This document shows positions 36,305 to 46,552 of a stretch of 64,000 bases of DNA, piece after piece. Positions within the stretch are counted from its first letter, which is position 1. Each line of letters opens with the position of its first letter. The notes under the pieces were generated by a model. That model made no database searches and was not told the origin of the DNA. It saw only the letters and a program-made list of their open reading frames with translations. Both the position numbers and the translations under genes were made by a program. Source of the stretch: Erythrobacter sp. SCN 62-14 (GTDB lineage: Bacteria > Pseudomonadota > Alphaproteobacteria > Sphingomonadales > Sphingomonadaceae); assembly GCA_001724215.1 (NCBI GenBank), contig MEDW01000001.1, forward strand, positions 64,725-128,724, given 5' to 3'.

Positions 36305-37513
36305 TCATGCGCCTTGGCTGGTTGTCCCTTGTCTGTCAGCACGTAACGCGAGCACCAGAATGCTAAGCGAAAAGCCTAACAACAGCGCCGAGGTGCCTGC
36401 CCAACCTGCGGCATCATAGATCGCGGTGCCCAGCATGCTCCCGACCGCGCCGCCCAGAAACATCGCCACGATATAGAAAGTCGTCAACCGGGTGCGGATT
36501 TCCGGGGCGAGCGAGAGGAACATCATGCGCCCTGTTACATCAATGGTTGGCCCGACCATATTCACCAGCACCAGCGGCACCAGCAGCGTGAAAAGATTGA
36601 AACCAAGCGGGTAGAACAGGCTAACCCCTGCCACTTGCACCATCGCCACGATCAGGCGCGCGCGCCGCGGGCCCACTTTGTCCGCCCATCGTCCCAACCG
36701 CGGGGTGGAAACAATGCTCACTGCGGCAATCGCCGCCAGATAGCCGACGACATCCGTGCCATAGCCCATTCGCGCGCTGGTAAGATGCAGGGCGAGCGCC
36801 AGCCAGGTCGCGGTGAAGCTGGCAAAGTTGAGGCCCTGCATCAGGGCTGATGCGCGCATTTCGCGGTGTTCGCGCGCCAGCTTGAACACCGAAGCAATCA
36901 GGTTGGTATAGCTTTCTCGTGGCGGTTTGGCGCTGGCCAGTTCGCTTTTCATCGCAAATGGCAGGAACAGGCTTACCCCCGCCATCAGCACAAAGCCGCC
37001 CCAATAAACCAGCCGCCAATCAGCGTGTTCAGCGATCACGCCGGCACCCACTCGCGCCACCAGAATGCCGAAAATGACACCCGCAGTGAGCAGCGCCGTG
37101 ACTTGCCCCAATCGTTCGGGCGCGACCCGTTTGGAAGCAAAGGCCGGAATGAGATAGGGGGCAATCGTAACAAACCCAAGCAAGGTTGAAGCAAGCGTGA
37201 AAGCCACCAGCCCTTCGGCCAGCGCCATGGCCAGCATGAACACAGTCTGGCAGGCCACAAAAATGATGCACAAATTGCGGTTGGAATAGCGATCGCCCAG
37301 CGGCAGCAGCAGCAGGATGCCCAATGCAAGCGCCAGTTGATTGAGCGCCGGGACAATCCCGATCCGCGCTTCGCTGACATCAAAATCGCGCGCCACTTCG
37401 CCGATGATCGGGTGGATGTAATAGGCATTGGCCGTCACCACCGCGACGCACACCGTCAGCGCCCATTCCTGCGCGCGGGAAAGATATCGGGCGGGGGCGA
37501 GGGAAGGGGTCAT
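36305..37513 (-). CDS. MFS transporter (12 TM)
   Basis: [13 protein letters not shown] motif A (LGDRYSNR; [11 protein letters not shown]), about 12 hydrophobic segments. Confidence 0.9.
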   Translation of the reverse strand: MTPSLAPARYLSRAQEWALTVCVAVVTANAYYIHPIIGEVARDFDVSEARIGIVPALNQLALALGILLLLPLGDRYSNRNLCIIFVACQTVFMLAMALAEGLVAFTLASTLLGFVTIAPYLIPAFASKRVAPERLGQVTALLTAGVIFGILVARVGAGVIAEHADWRLVYWGGFVLMAGVSLFLPFAMKSELASAKPPRESYTNLIASVFKLAREHREMRASALMQGLNFASFTATWLALALHLTSARMGYGTDVVGYLAAIAAVSIVSTPRLGRWADKVGPRRARLIVAMVQVAGVSLFYPLGFNLFTLLVPLVLVNMVGPTIDVTGRMMFLSLAPEIRTRLTTFYIVAMFLGGAVGSMLGTAIYDAAGWAGTSALLLGFSLSILVLALRADRQGTTSQGA

Positions 37514-37650
37514 GTTGCCTCTCGCGCTAGCCGATCACGGCCCGCTTGTCAGTGCGCGCTTTTTGCAAGGCCGCTTGCGAATGCGAGGGTGGACAAGCGC
37601 CTTGCTCGCATCCTAACGCGGCCGATGTTTGTGATGGGGACGAGAGAGCA

Positions 37651-38814
37651 ATGCACAGCGACACCAACGAAGACCTTGATGAAATCCGCCGCGCGGTGCG
37701 CGGGCTGTGTGAGCGCTTTCCCGGCGACTATTGGCGCGCCAAGGACGCGGTTCGGGAATATCCCGGCGAATTCGTCGATGCGCTCACCCAAGCAGGCTTT
37801 CTGGCAGCGCTCATCCCGGCGGAATTCGGCGGCAGCGGGCTCAGCCTTGATGCGGCCTGCGTGATCATGGAGGAAATCCAGGCAAGCGGCTGCAATGGAT
37901 CATCTGCTCATGCGCAGATGTATATCATGAACACCTTGCTGCGTTACGGGAGCGAGGCGCAGAAGGCCGAATATCTGCCCCGCATCGCCAGCGGTGAATT
38001 GCGCCTGCAGGCCTTTGGCGTGTCGGAGCCGACCAGCGGGACGGATACCCTGAGCCTCAAGACACGGGCGGTCCGCGACGGTGATGAATATGTGATTTCC
38101 GGCCAGAAAATCTGGACGAGCCGCGCAGAACACTCTGATCTCATGCTGTTGCTTGCCCGCACCACGCCGCGCGAGGAGGTGGCAAGCAAGACCGAAGGCC
38201 TCTCGATCTTCCTTGTTGATATGCAGGCAGCGCTTCAGCACGGCATGACGATCAAGCCCATCCGCACGATGATGAACCATTCATCTTGCGAGGTGTTTTT
38301 CGATGATCTGCGCATCCCTGCCAGCAGCCTTGTGGGCGAGGAAGGGAAGGGCTTTCGCTATATCCTTTCGGGCATGAACGCAGAACGCATCCTGATTGCC
38401 GCTGAATGTATCGGCGATGCCAAATGGTTCATCGAAAAGGCCACTGCCTATGCCAAGGACCGCTCGGTGTTTGCGCGTCCCATCGGGCAAAATCAGGGTG
38501 TGCAGTTCCCGATCGCGCGCGCCTATGCCCAGATGCGCGCGGCCGAACTGATGGTGCACCACGCCGCGCAGGTTTACGATTCTGGCGGCAATCCGGGCGA
38601 GGAAGCCAATATGGCCAAGCTGCTCGCATCCGAGGCGAGCTGGGCTGCGGCTGATATGTGCGTTCAGACCTTCGGCGGGTTCGGCTTTGCCGAGGAATAT
38701 GATGTCGAACGCAAATTCCGCGAGGCGCGGCTTTACACAGTGGCGCCGATTTCAACGAACCTCATTCTCTCCTATCTGGCCGAACACGTGCTGGGCCTGC
38801 CACGCAGCTATTGA
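37651..38814 (+). CDS. Acyl-CoA dehydrogenase
   Basis: GVSEPTSGTD, GQKIWTS, ERILIAAE, QGVQF, QTFGGFGFAEEYDVERKFRE. Confidence 0.94.
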   Translation: MHSDTNEDLDEIRRAVRGLCERFPGDYWRAKDAVREYPGEFVDALTQAGFLAALIPAEFGGSGLSLDAACVIMEEIQASGCNGSSAHAQMYIMNTLLRYGSEAQKAEYLPRIASGELRLQAFGVSEPTSGTDTLSLKTRAVRDGDEYVISGQKIWTSRAEHSDLMLLLARTTPREEVASKTEGLSIFLVDMQAALQHGMTIKPIRTMMNHSSCEVFFDDLRIPASSLVGEEGKGFRYILSGMNAERILIAAECIGDAKWFIEKATAYAKDRSVFARPIGQNQGVQFPIARAYAQMRAAELMVHHAAQVYDSGGNPGEEANMAKLLASEASWAAADMCVQTFGGFGFAEEYDVERKFREARLYTVAPISTNLILSYLAEHVLGLPRSY

Positions 38815-38918
38815 AGGTTAAATCTGCGCAGAAAGCCGCACGGGGCTTGCAGCGCGCGGCCAAGTGTGATTCTGTAGTCAAGGGCCCAGTTGATCGGGCC
38901 GCGGGGACTGTAACGCCA

Positions 38919-39218
38919 ATGCACCGGCTGCATCGCGAACAATTGAGGCAATTTGCTGCACTTGCTGTGTTGCTGGTGCTGACAGGGCTGGCGATTGCCG
39001 GGCCGACTGGCTTGCTCGCATGGAGCGAAAACGCCGCTGAGCTTGAGCTGCGCAAAGCCGAGATTGCCGAGCTGACCGCGCGGCGTGATGCTTTGCGCAA
39101 CCGGGTGATGCTGCTCGATCCGCAGGCTGCCGATGACGATCTGGCAAGCGAGCTGGTACGCGAGAATCTCGGCGTGATGCATGAGGATGAAGTCGTGCTC
39201 ACGCTTGATGATGAGTGA
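38919..39218 (+). CDS. ftsB: Septum formation initiator FtsB/DivIC family
   Basis: One TM helix followed by G.LAW, a coiled coil, D.D.A.EL.RE.LG and DEVV; the position before pdhA is typical. Confidence 0.85.
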   Translation: MHRLHREQLRQFAALAVLLVLTGLAIAGPTGLLAWSENAAELELRKAEIAELTARRDALRNRVMLLDPQAADDDLASELVRENLGVMHEDEVVLTLDDE

Positions 39219-39270
39219 CAATTCGGGTCGATTTCAATCTCGCGAATAGCATTGCATTGATCGCTTGACG

Positions 39271-39299
39271 TTGCGTTTTGCGTGGGCAAACGCCTATAG
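39271..39299 (+). promoter_or_regulatory. Candidate sigma70 promoter for pdhAB
   Basis: TTGCGT-N17-CTATAG resembles the alphaproteobacterial TTG-N-CTATA consensus; it lies about 55 nt upstream of the start. Confidence 0.45.
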
Positions 39300-39353
39300 C
39301 GGACGTTGCGCAACCTCCTCCCCATGAGTGCGCCAAAGAGAGGGATATCGATC

Positions 39354-40451
39354 TTGGCCAAACAGCCTTCCAAGCCACGCGCCCAAAAACCAAAGGGCGC
39401 CCCCGCTGCCACCTCTGCATCCGACGATACCGACTTCCTGCTGCACTCGTTGCAAGACGCTTTCGAAGCCAACAAGCGTTACAATGCGAGCGAGGCAGAA
39501 ATGCTCGAATTCTACCGCCAGATGCTGCTCATCCGCCGGTTCGAGGAAAAGGCCGGGCAGCTTTACGGACTGGGGCTGATTGGCGGCTTTTGTCACCTTT
39601 ACATCGGGCAGGAAGCGGTCGCGATTGGGTTGCAATCGGCGCTCAATCCCGAACGCGACAGCGTTATCACCGGCTACCGCGATCACGGCCATATGCTGGC
39701 CTACGGGATTGATCCCAAGGTTATCATGGCCGAGCTGACGGGCCGCGAAGCGGGCATTTCAAAGGGCAAGGGCGGGTCGATGCATATGTTCTCGACAAGC
39801 CACAAGTTTTACGGCGGACATGGCATTGTCGGTGCCCAAGTGGCGCTGGGTGGGGGGCTCGCGCTCGCTCACCAGTACAACGGCGATGGCGGCATATGTC
39901 TTGCCTATTTCGGTGATGGTGCGGCCAATCAGGGGCAGGTTTACGAAACCTTCAACATGGCTGCCCTGTGGAAGCTGCCCATCGTTTTCGTGGTCGAGGA
40001 CAATCAATATGCGATGGGCACTGCAACCAAGCGCTCCTCGGCTGAAACCCGCTTTTACCGCCGCGGCACCGCTTTCCGCATTCCCGGCATGGAAGTGAAC
40101 GGCATGGACGTGCTCGAAGTGCGTGCGGCTGCCGAAGTTGCCTTTGCCCATGTGCGGGCTGGCAATGGCCCGGTGCTGATGGAATGCAACACCTATCGTT
40201 ATCGCGGCCACTCCATGTCCGATCCAGCCAAATATCGCAGCCGCGAGGAAGTGCAGGAGCAGCGCGAATTGCATGATCCTATCGAGGGTTTGAAAAAGAC
40301 TCTGATCGAGGCGGGCAAGGACGAGGCTGATTTGAAAGCCATCGACAAGGAAATTCGTGCTCAGGTGGCCGAATCGGCTGATTTTGCTGAAAATTCGCCC
40401 GAGCCCGAGCCTGCTGAACTCTACACCGATGTCTTGGTGGAGGAGTATTGA
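39354..40451 (+). CDS. pdhA: Pyruvate dehydrogenase E1 alpha subunit
   Basis: GFCHLYIGQEA, GHGIVG, TPP motif GDGAANQG, YRGHSMSD. TTG start after GAGAGGG is a best guess. Confidence 0.97.
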   Translation: MAKQPSKPRAQKPKGAPAATSASDDTDFLLHSLQDAFEANKRYNASEAEMLEFYRQMLLIRRFEEKAGQLYGLGLIGGFCHLYIGQEAVAIGLQSALNPERDSVITGYRDHGHMLAYGIDPKVIMAELTGREAGISKGKGGSMHMFSTSHKFYGGHGIVGAQVALGGGLALAHQYNGDGGICLAYFGDGAANQGQVYETFNMAALWKLPIVFVVEDNQYAMGTATKRSSAETRFYRRGTAFRIPGMEVNGMDVLEVRAAAEVAFAHVRAGNGPVLMECNTYRYRGHSMSDPAKYRSREEVQEQRELHDPIEGLKKTLIEAGKDEADLKAIDKEIRAQVAESADFAENSPEPEPAELYTDVLVEEY

Positions 40452-40454
40452 GCC

Positions 40455-41843
40455 ATGGCGATTGAACTCAAGATGCCCGCTCTGTCTCCGACCATGGAGC
40501 AGGGCAATCTGGCCCGCTGGCTCAAGGCTGAAGGCGATCAGATCAGCGCAGGCGACATCATTGCCGAGATCGAAACCGACAAGGCGACCATGGAATTCGA
40601 GGCCGTCGATGAAGGCGTTCTGACCAAGATCATGGTGGCAGAAGGCACCGAAGACGTCGCCGTTGGCACAGTGATCGCGCTGATCGCTGGCGAGGACGAG
40701 GCAAGCGCGGACGAGGCGGACGAGGGCAAGAGCCAAGCTTCCACCGAAGCCAAGGCCGAGCCTGAGCCTGAAGCGCAAAAGGACACACCGGCCAAGCCCG
40801 ATCCGCTGGCCGCCAAGAAGGTGCAAGCCGCCGCCGATCCCGACATTCCCGAAGGCACCAGCTTCACCAGCACCACCGTGCGCGAGGCCTTGCGCGATGC
40901 CATGGCCGAGGAGATGCGCCGCGATCCCCGGGTATTCGTGATGGGTGAGGAAGTCGCCGAATATCAGGGTGCCTATAAGGTCACTCAGGGCCTGCTTGCC
41001 GAATTCGGGCCCAAGCGGGTAATCGACACGCCGATCACCGAATATGGCTTTGCCGGGATCGGCTCAGGCGCAGCGATGGGGGGGCTTAGGCCCATTGTCG
41101 AGTTCATGACCTTCAACTTCGCCATGCAGGCGATTGACCACATCATAAATTCCGCCGCCAAGACCAATTACATGAGCGGCGGCCAGATGCGTTGCCCGAT
41201 CGTGTTTCGCGGCCCCAACAGCGCGGCAAGTCGCGTGGCCGCCCAGCACTCGCAGAACTTCGGCCCGTGGTATGCCAGCGTCCCCGGCCTGATTGTGATC
41301 GCACCCTATGACAGTGCCGATGCCAAGGGGCTTTTGAAAGCCGCGATCCGGTGTGAAGACCCGGTGGTGTTCCTTGAAAACGAGCTTGTCTATGGCCGCA
41401 GCTTTGATGTGCCGGATGTCGATGATTACGTCCTGCCGATCGGCAAGGCGCGGATCATGCGCGAAGGCAAGGATGTGACCATCGTCAGCTATTCGATTGG
41501 TGTGGGCCTTGCGCTTGAAGCTGCCGAGACACTGGCGGGTGAGGGGATTGATGCCGAAGTCATTGATCTTCGCACCTTGCGTCCGCTCGACAAGGAAACA
41601 GTGCTGAAAAGTCTCGCCAAAACCAACCGATTGGTGGTGGCTGAAGAAGGCTGGCCGACCTGCTCGATCGCCTCGGAAATCATCGCGATCTGCATGGAGG
41701 AAGGGTTTGACCACCTTGATGCGCCCGTTATGCGGGTGTGCAACGAGGATGTGCCGCTGCCCTATGCGGCGAACCTTGAAAAGCTGGCGCTGATTGATGC
41801 AGCCCGCATCACTGAGGCAGCGCGCAAGGTGTGCTACAGGTAG
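40455..41843 (+). CDS. pdhB: Pyruvate dehydrogenase E1 beta subunit with N-terminal lipoyl domain
   Basis: MPALSPTM...ETDKA lipoyl domain, Ala/Glu/Pro linker, GEEVA, DTPITE, EFMTFNF. Confidence 0.97.
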   Translation: MAIELKMPALSPTMEQGNLARWLKAEGDQISAGDIIAEIETDKATMEFEAVDEGVLTKIMVAEGTEDVAVGTVIALIAGEDEASADEADEGKSQASTEAKAEPEPEAQKDTPAKPDPLAAKKVQAAADPDIPEGTSFTSTTVREALRDAMAEEMRRDPRVFVMGEEVAEYQGAYKVTQGLLAEFGPKRVIDTPITEYGFAGIGSGAAMGGLRPIVEFMTFNFAMQAIDHIINSAAKTNYMSGGQMRCPIVFRGPNSAASRVAAQHSQNFGPWYASVPGLIVIAPYDSADAKGLLKAAIRCEDPVVFLENELVYGRSFDVPDVDDYVLPIGKARIMREGKDVTIVSYSIGVGLALEAAETLAGEGIDAEVIDLRTLRPLDKETVLKSLAKTNRLVVAEEGWPTCSIASEIIAICMEEGFDHLDAPVMRVCNEDVPLPYAANLEKLALIDAARITEAARKVCYR

Positions 41844-41867
41844 ATCCGGAGGCGAACCCCCGCCCGA

Positions 41868-42593
41868 TCAGGTCGGGCGGTTCGCTGAAAAGACGTTGCA
41901 GCGCGCCACGGGCCCTGCCGGGGTGGTGTTGTAAAGCTGGGTCAAATCGCGTTCATCGCGGATGTTGAAGGCGGCGGTGTAGCGTATTTCGCGGTTTCCG
42001 AACATTGAATAGGGAGTAAGTGGCTGATAATCGTAGGAAATTTCTACAAACATCACCGCTGTCCCCAAGCTGGCCTGGATGCGGTTGCTCGCTTCGCCCA
42101 TTCCGGGAAAACCGGTTCCGGTGGCGCCGGCTCCCTCGAGCCCATAGCTTGACGTGAACACCTTGGCGCCGCGGCAGCGTTGCCAACGGATGTTCTGCCC
42201 GCCTTGTGCGTTGCGTTGCAGGCTCGAGAGTATCACGCGGCCATGCTGGTAAAGGCCAAAGGGCTCACCATATTTCTCGCCGCCCAGAAACACATCATTG
42301 ACGTCGCGTTCAAACACCCGGCGCGCGACCAGCATATCGGTCTCACCCACGCGTGAGGCGTTGTCCGCGATTTGCATTGCCACCTGGCTGATGCGCAAAT
42401 GGGTTACGGTGAAATGGGCTGTTTCAGCCCCGACCATACCCATCGTCAGCAGGATTGGCGCGGTCAGCGCAAACTCGACCATGGCAACACCCGAGGTGCA
42501 TCTTGCCAGACGCTGGCGCAGCCGGGCAAAGCGTTCTCGCCGCGGCATTTTGGGCGCAGTAGCTGGCAGGAAAGTTGCAAGGTTCATGTGCAA
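41868..42593 (-). CDS. TadE/TadF-like pseudopilin
   Basis: Prepilin motif SGVAMVEFALTAP, hydrophobic helix, C-terminal FVEISYDYQPL. Confidence 0.85.
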   Translation of the reverse strand: MHMNLATFLPATAPKMPRRERFARLRQRLARCTSGVAMVEFALTAPILLTMGMVGAETAHFTVTHLRISQVAMQIADNASRVGETDMLVARRVFERDVNDVFLGGEKYGEPFGLYQHGRVILSSLQRNAQGGQNIRWQRCRGAKVFTSSYGLEGAGATGTGFPGMGEASNRIQASLGTAVMFVEISYDYQPLTPYSMFGNREIRYTAAFNIRDERDLTQLYNTTPAGPVARCNVFSANRPT

Positions 42594-43207
42594 TTCCTGA
42601 TCTGGGTGGAGCGATCTTGCTGATCAAAAGGCTGGTTGCGCAGCACCGTGGTGCCTTCAACCGAAGCGTTCTGCGGCAGCCCGATGAAATTGTAGATCGG
42701 GAACAGCCGTTTGTAAGTGACTGTCACCGTGTAAAGCACCACGTCGCGCGCACCGCCGACCCCTGCAGCGCCGCGATTGGCGTCCCACTGACCATTGCGG
42801 TTGGTGTCTTCATAGGGCTCGCCATTGTTGCAGATCCCATCATTGTTGATGTCGGTGAACGGCTCTGGCTGACCGACATCATTGAAATCGAAATAGGACA
42901 GCTTCTTGAGCGTGATCGTCGCACCGGCAGGCACAACGCTGCGCACCTGATCGATCACGCGCTGATCGGCCTGTGCCTCACGCAAGGTTGCTCCCTCGAT
43001 TGTCATGTCGCGCGCGGCGCGCTGCATCGCGCCGTTCACCACCGAAGTGGTGTAAATGGTGTGAGCGACATCAAAAATCCCGAACAACATCATAAACAGG
43101 ATCGGGGCAATAAGACCGAATTCGGCAAGGGTTGCCCCTTTTTGGTCGCGGCCGAGATCGCCACGCAGCAAGGAACGCGCGGAGGAGAGAAGCTGCGGGC
43201 GCATCAT
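42584..43207 (-). CDS. TadE/TadG family pseudopilin
   Basis: KGATLAEFGLIAP, EPFTDINNDG (Ca-binding-like), VVLYTVTVTYKRL, TVLRNQPF. Confidence 0.87.
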   Translation of the reverse strand: MMRPQLLSSARSLLRGDLGRDQKGATLAEFGLIAPILFMMLFGIFDVAHTIYTTSVVNGAMQRAARDMTIEGATLREAQADQRVIDQVRSVVPAGATITLKKLSYFDFNDVGQPEPFTDINNDGICNNGEPYEDTNRNGQWDANRGAAGVGGARDVVLYTVTVTYKRLFPIYNFIGLPQNASVEGTTVLRNQPFDQQDRSTQIRNCT

Positions 43208-45177
43208 TGCGTGAGCCTCAGCGCAGCGATCTTCTGGGCAATTTCCTGAAAGGCGATGTTCAGTTCTGCGTTGTTGCGCGCTTCATAAGCGCGGCCTGGC
43301 GAGGCGCAGTTGCGCAGATTGTCTGTCATGCTGATGCCGAAAGCGACCACCCACACCGCAATGTTCTCCCTCTTGGCGGCGGCGCAGGCAGCCTGGAAGC
43401 GGGCCTCGTGACGAGTATCGGAATTGGCGATGGTGGGCGGGTTACCCGCAGTGATCCGGCGATCCCACCATTCCATGCCATAGGGCGAATAGACATTGGT
43501 GTTGGTCGACAAATAGCCGTCCGTCATGAACACGATATGGCGCGAGATCGGATCCCCGTTGGGCGCATCATTATTGTCAGCGGCAAAAAGCCCGTTGGGC
43601 GAAATAAGCCGTGCGCCCCAGATCATGCCGATATCGTGATAGGTCGCGCCCTGTGCCCTGAGATTGTTGACATAGGTCTGCAACTGCGGACGGGTGAGGT
43701 TCTCGGTCAGCCGGAAAGCCGGGGGCACGCAGGAGAAAAACACCGGTGTGCGCTGAATATCATTGACCGTGACCACATCACCAAACTGGTTCGCTCCGTT
43801 TTGTGTGAAGCGCCGCCAGAACACCGCCGTCGGCAATTGCGGTTTCCAACGCTGCGCTTCGTTGGCGGGAATGAGATTGATGTTCAAGTCAAAGGCATTG
43901 GCCGGGATCGGGTTGAAATTGGTGGCTGCCACCGTGTTGGCTTCTTCGATGCAACCATTCCACGCGTGCTGCTGCGGCGTTCCGTTGGGGCCAGTCGGCA
44001 ACGTCACCGTGCCGCCCGTCTTGACAGGGGAGACATCAATGGTGACCGGTGTGTAGCGCCAGCTATCAAACACGGTGACGATCTCGGTGCGATCGGGGAT
44101 CACATCGGCCTGTGTTGCCGGACGCGTCCTACGCACCGTGCCGACGCAGCCCGCGCGGGTCGAAATCGGCGCGCTAGGGTATTGGTTCAATAAATATTGC
44201 GTTGCGCTGATCGTCCACGTTTCCGGACCGACTTGGAAAGTGCCGCGATTGGTCGACTGGCAACGCGTGCGATCTGCCGAATTCGCCGAGTTCGGGTTCG
44301 TCGAATTGTTGTTGAAGAAGTAATGGCTCTCGACGGCCGAGCCAAGGTTCGATGTCAAGCGCGGGATGGCTTCCGTTCTCTCGGAAATCAGGATCGGATC
44401 GCCCACCCGAACACCATTGCCGGGAATTATAATCGTCTCACTGCGGAACTGCGGCACGCGCGATTGATAGGTGTGGCTGTTGGCGATGTATTGTGTGGGC
44501 AGAATGCCGCCCACATTGACCGTATGCGCATAAGGCACAGCGCCAAACCGCACCTGTGCACTGCCCGAAATCGATGCATTAACCGTGTCATAGAAATTCA
44601 TCACCGCGGCCCTCAGCCCCACGATCATCGAATTGGGCTGTTCCGTCTCAACGGCGCCGCACAGCGGGCCAAGATTATCGGGGCAATTCATCGAACCGGT
44701 GACGTCGAGCACGAACATGATGTCGGTGTTCGAGATGTTGATATCAGCCGAGCAGGTCGCTGTCAGAGCAAAGCTCTTGTAGCCAAAGGCTGCCATAATC
44801 GTTGTGGGCATCACCGCGCTTGCCGTGCCGGTCACAACGCCGGTGGAATTGGCGCTAAAGGACCGCTGGCGCCCGGTGGTGCCATACATGCCGTTGCGGT
44901 AGTTCTGATCGAAGAAATTTTGCGCGATCTGATTATGCTCAGGGGTAAAGGCGGCAGTGGTCATCGCACGGCGCGCAGCCAGTGCGCCAGCATCGCACGC
45001 TGCCTGCAAGCGGGCCGCGGCCATGTAATAGCGGCTTGCATCCACCCCGCCGCCAACCATCGCCAGCAGCGGAATCAGTGCCGCGGCTGCAATAACCATG
45101 GTGTTCGCTGTGCGATCGCTCAGCAGCGCGCGCACCATCGACAAGAATCGCAGTTTTGGCAGCCCCATTACGTCCAC
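43204..45177 (-). CDS. TadG-like pilus protein with von Willebrand A domain
   Basis: N-terminal Tad helix with RLQAACDAGALA, MIDAS DIMFVLDVTGS, IVFMTDG, C-terminal CAS..RAY.A.N..EL..AF..IA. Confidence 0.9.
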   Translation of the reverse strand: MDVMGLPKLRFLSMVRALLSDRTANTMVIAAAALIPLLAMVGGGVDASRYYMAAARLQAACDAGALAARRAMTTAAFTPEHNQIAQNFFDQNYRNGMYGTTGRQRSFSANSTGVVTGTASAVMPTTIMAAFGYKSFALTATCSADINISNTDIMFVLDVTGSMNCPDNLGPLCGAVETEQPNSMIVGLRAAVMNFYDTVNASISGSAQVRFGAVPYAHTVNVGGILPTQYIANSHTYQSRVPQFRSETIIIPGNGVRVGDPILISERTEAIPRLTSNLGSAVESHYFFNNNSTNPNSANSADRTRCQSTNRGTFQVGPETWTISATQYLLNQYPSAPISTRAGCVGTVRRTRPATQADVIPDRTEIVTVFDSWRYTPVTIDVSPVKTGGTVTLPTGPNGTPQQHAWNGCIEEANTVAATNFNPIPANAFDLNINLIPANEAQRWKPQLPTAVFWRRFTQNGANQFGDVVTVNDIQRTPVFFSCVPPAFRLTENLTRPQLQTYVNNLRAQGATYHDIGMIWGARLISPNGLFAADNNDAPNGDPISRHIVFMTDGYLSTNTNVYSPYGMEWWDRRITAGNPPTIANSDTRHEARFQAACAAAKRENIAVWVVAFGISMTDNLRNCASPGRAYEARNNAELNIAFQEIAQKIAALRLTQ

Positions 45178-45267
45178 GCCTTCACTATCGCGCCCTGACT
45201 TTGGCCGAGCGGATACCTATAATCTCGTAAGAATTACCCAATGATGGTGTCGAGATTATCAAGGTGG

Positions 45268-45275
45268 ATGGTTAA
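45268..45275 (-). promoter_or_regulatory. CtrA half-site TTAACCAT upstream of the tad trio
   Basis: Exact 8-mer (ATGGTTAA on +) in an AT-rich intergenic region about 90 nt upstream of tadG. Confidence 0.45.
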
Positions 45276-45377
45276 TATTTTGTAAGGGCTACACTACTTG
45301 CAACTTTTGCAAAGACGCGTCCCAGAAACGGACAACACCCTTGCCTTTGTTAATGGGAAAAGCCTACCGGGCGGTAA

Positions 45378-46040
45378 ATGACGCTTACGGAACTTGAGGC
45401 CCTGCCGCTTGAGGCACGAATCGCGCTCGCCTATTGCACCGCGTCCCGGCGCGAGCCGCTGCAACTGGCGCTGGCGCTGGATCAACGGCTGGGGCAGTTG
45501 GTGGCGCGCACCAGCGAGCCGATGCTGGGGCAAATGCGGCTGGCGTGGTGGCGCGAAGCCTTGCTGCAGAGCCCGGCACAGCGTCCGCAGGGCGATGCGG
45601 TGCTCGATGGGATTTCACAGCGCTGGCAGGGGCAGACCGAACCCTTGGTCGCGCTGGTCAATGGCTGGGAGCATCTGTTGGGCGATGAGCCGCTCGGCAA
45701 AGCCGCTGCGCTGGCTTGCGGCAACGCGCGCGCCGGGGCCTTGCTGGCAGCGCTTGACATTGCGCCTGGTGGACGCGCCTATGAGGCAACTTGCGCGGCA
45801 GCCTTGGTATGGGCGCTTGCCGATCTTGCGGCCAAGGTGTCGCGCCCTGATGAACGCGCTTTGCTGATTGCGGCCGGGCAGGAGGTTGCAGCGCCATTTG
45901 CGCGCCTGCCCGCGCAAGCCCGCGCCCTTGCAGTGCTCGGCGCGCTTGGGCGCCGTTCCCTGCAGCGCGGCGGGCGCGCCCTGATGGACGGGCGCACGGC
46001 GGCCTTAACAGTTCTGCGGGCTGCTATCTTTTTGCAATAA
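45378..46040 (+). CDS. Squalene/phytoene-synthase-fold protein lacking DDxxD (NDUFAF6-like)
   Basis: ALDQRL...SEPMLGQMRLAWWRE motif; no aspartate-rich catalytic motifs anywhere in the translation. Confidence 0.7.
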   Translation: MTLTELEALPLEARIALAYCTASRREPLQLALALDQRLGQLVARTSEPMLGQMRLAWWREALLQSPAQRPQGDAVLDGISQRWQGQTEPLVALVNGWEHLLGDEPLGKAAALACGNARAGALLAALDIAPGGRAYEATCAAALVWALADLAAKVSRPDERALLIAAGQEVAAPFARLPAQARALAVLGALGRRSLQRGGRALMDGRTAALTVLRAAIFLQ

Positions 46041-46087
46041 CATAGGTATAAACCCCTATGTCATCAGGCGCGGCAAGGGGGCAGACC

Positions 46088-46549
46088 ATGAGGCAAACCA
46101 TCCTCGGAGTGTTACTTGGCCTTGTTCTGGCTGGGGTGGGCATGGTGTGGTGGCAGGCGCGCGCAACCATCGAATCCGCCGCTCCCCCGCCGCCTGAGCC
46201 CGAGATGAGTTTTGATCCGGATGAATTGCCCAGCGCAGACGTAAGCGGCATGGCTGGCCCCACTCCGCCCGAGGTGAGCAAGCGGACGAAGGAGCAGATG
46301 CGCTTTGATCGCTAAGATCGCAACCGCGACAACAAGATCAGCCGCAATGAAATGCTCAGCACCCGCACGGCTGCATTCCGCAAGCTCGACAAGGACGGCA
46401 ACAATCTCCTCACCTTCGAGGAATGGGCGGTTGCCACAGTGGACAAGTTCGAGGGCGCCGACAAGGATGGTGATGGCTACCTCACGCGGGAGGAATTCGC
46501 TACCACTGCGCCCAAACCCGTTGCGAAAAAGCCCGCCTGCAAGTGCTGA
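46088..46549 (+). pseudogene. Membrane-anchored EF-hand protein interrupted by an in-frame TAA (46313-46315)
   Basis: The frame continues past the stop: ...MRFDR*DRNRDNKISRNEMLSTRTAAFRKLDKDGNNLLTFEEW...ADKDGDGYLTREEF. The stop sits just before the first of three EF-hand loops. Confidence 0.85.
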
Positions 46550-46552
46550 TGC

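Noticed and set aside
39354-41843. Missing pdhC/lpd after pdhAB, and the lipoyl domain on E1 beta, as novelty
   Set aside because: A lipoylated E1 beta is already described in alphaproteobacteria (e.g. Zymomonas, rhizobia), and a split pdh cluster is unremarkable.
45378-46040. Carotenoid phytoene synthase crtB
   Set aside because: No DDxxD motifs and no crt genes nearby.
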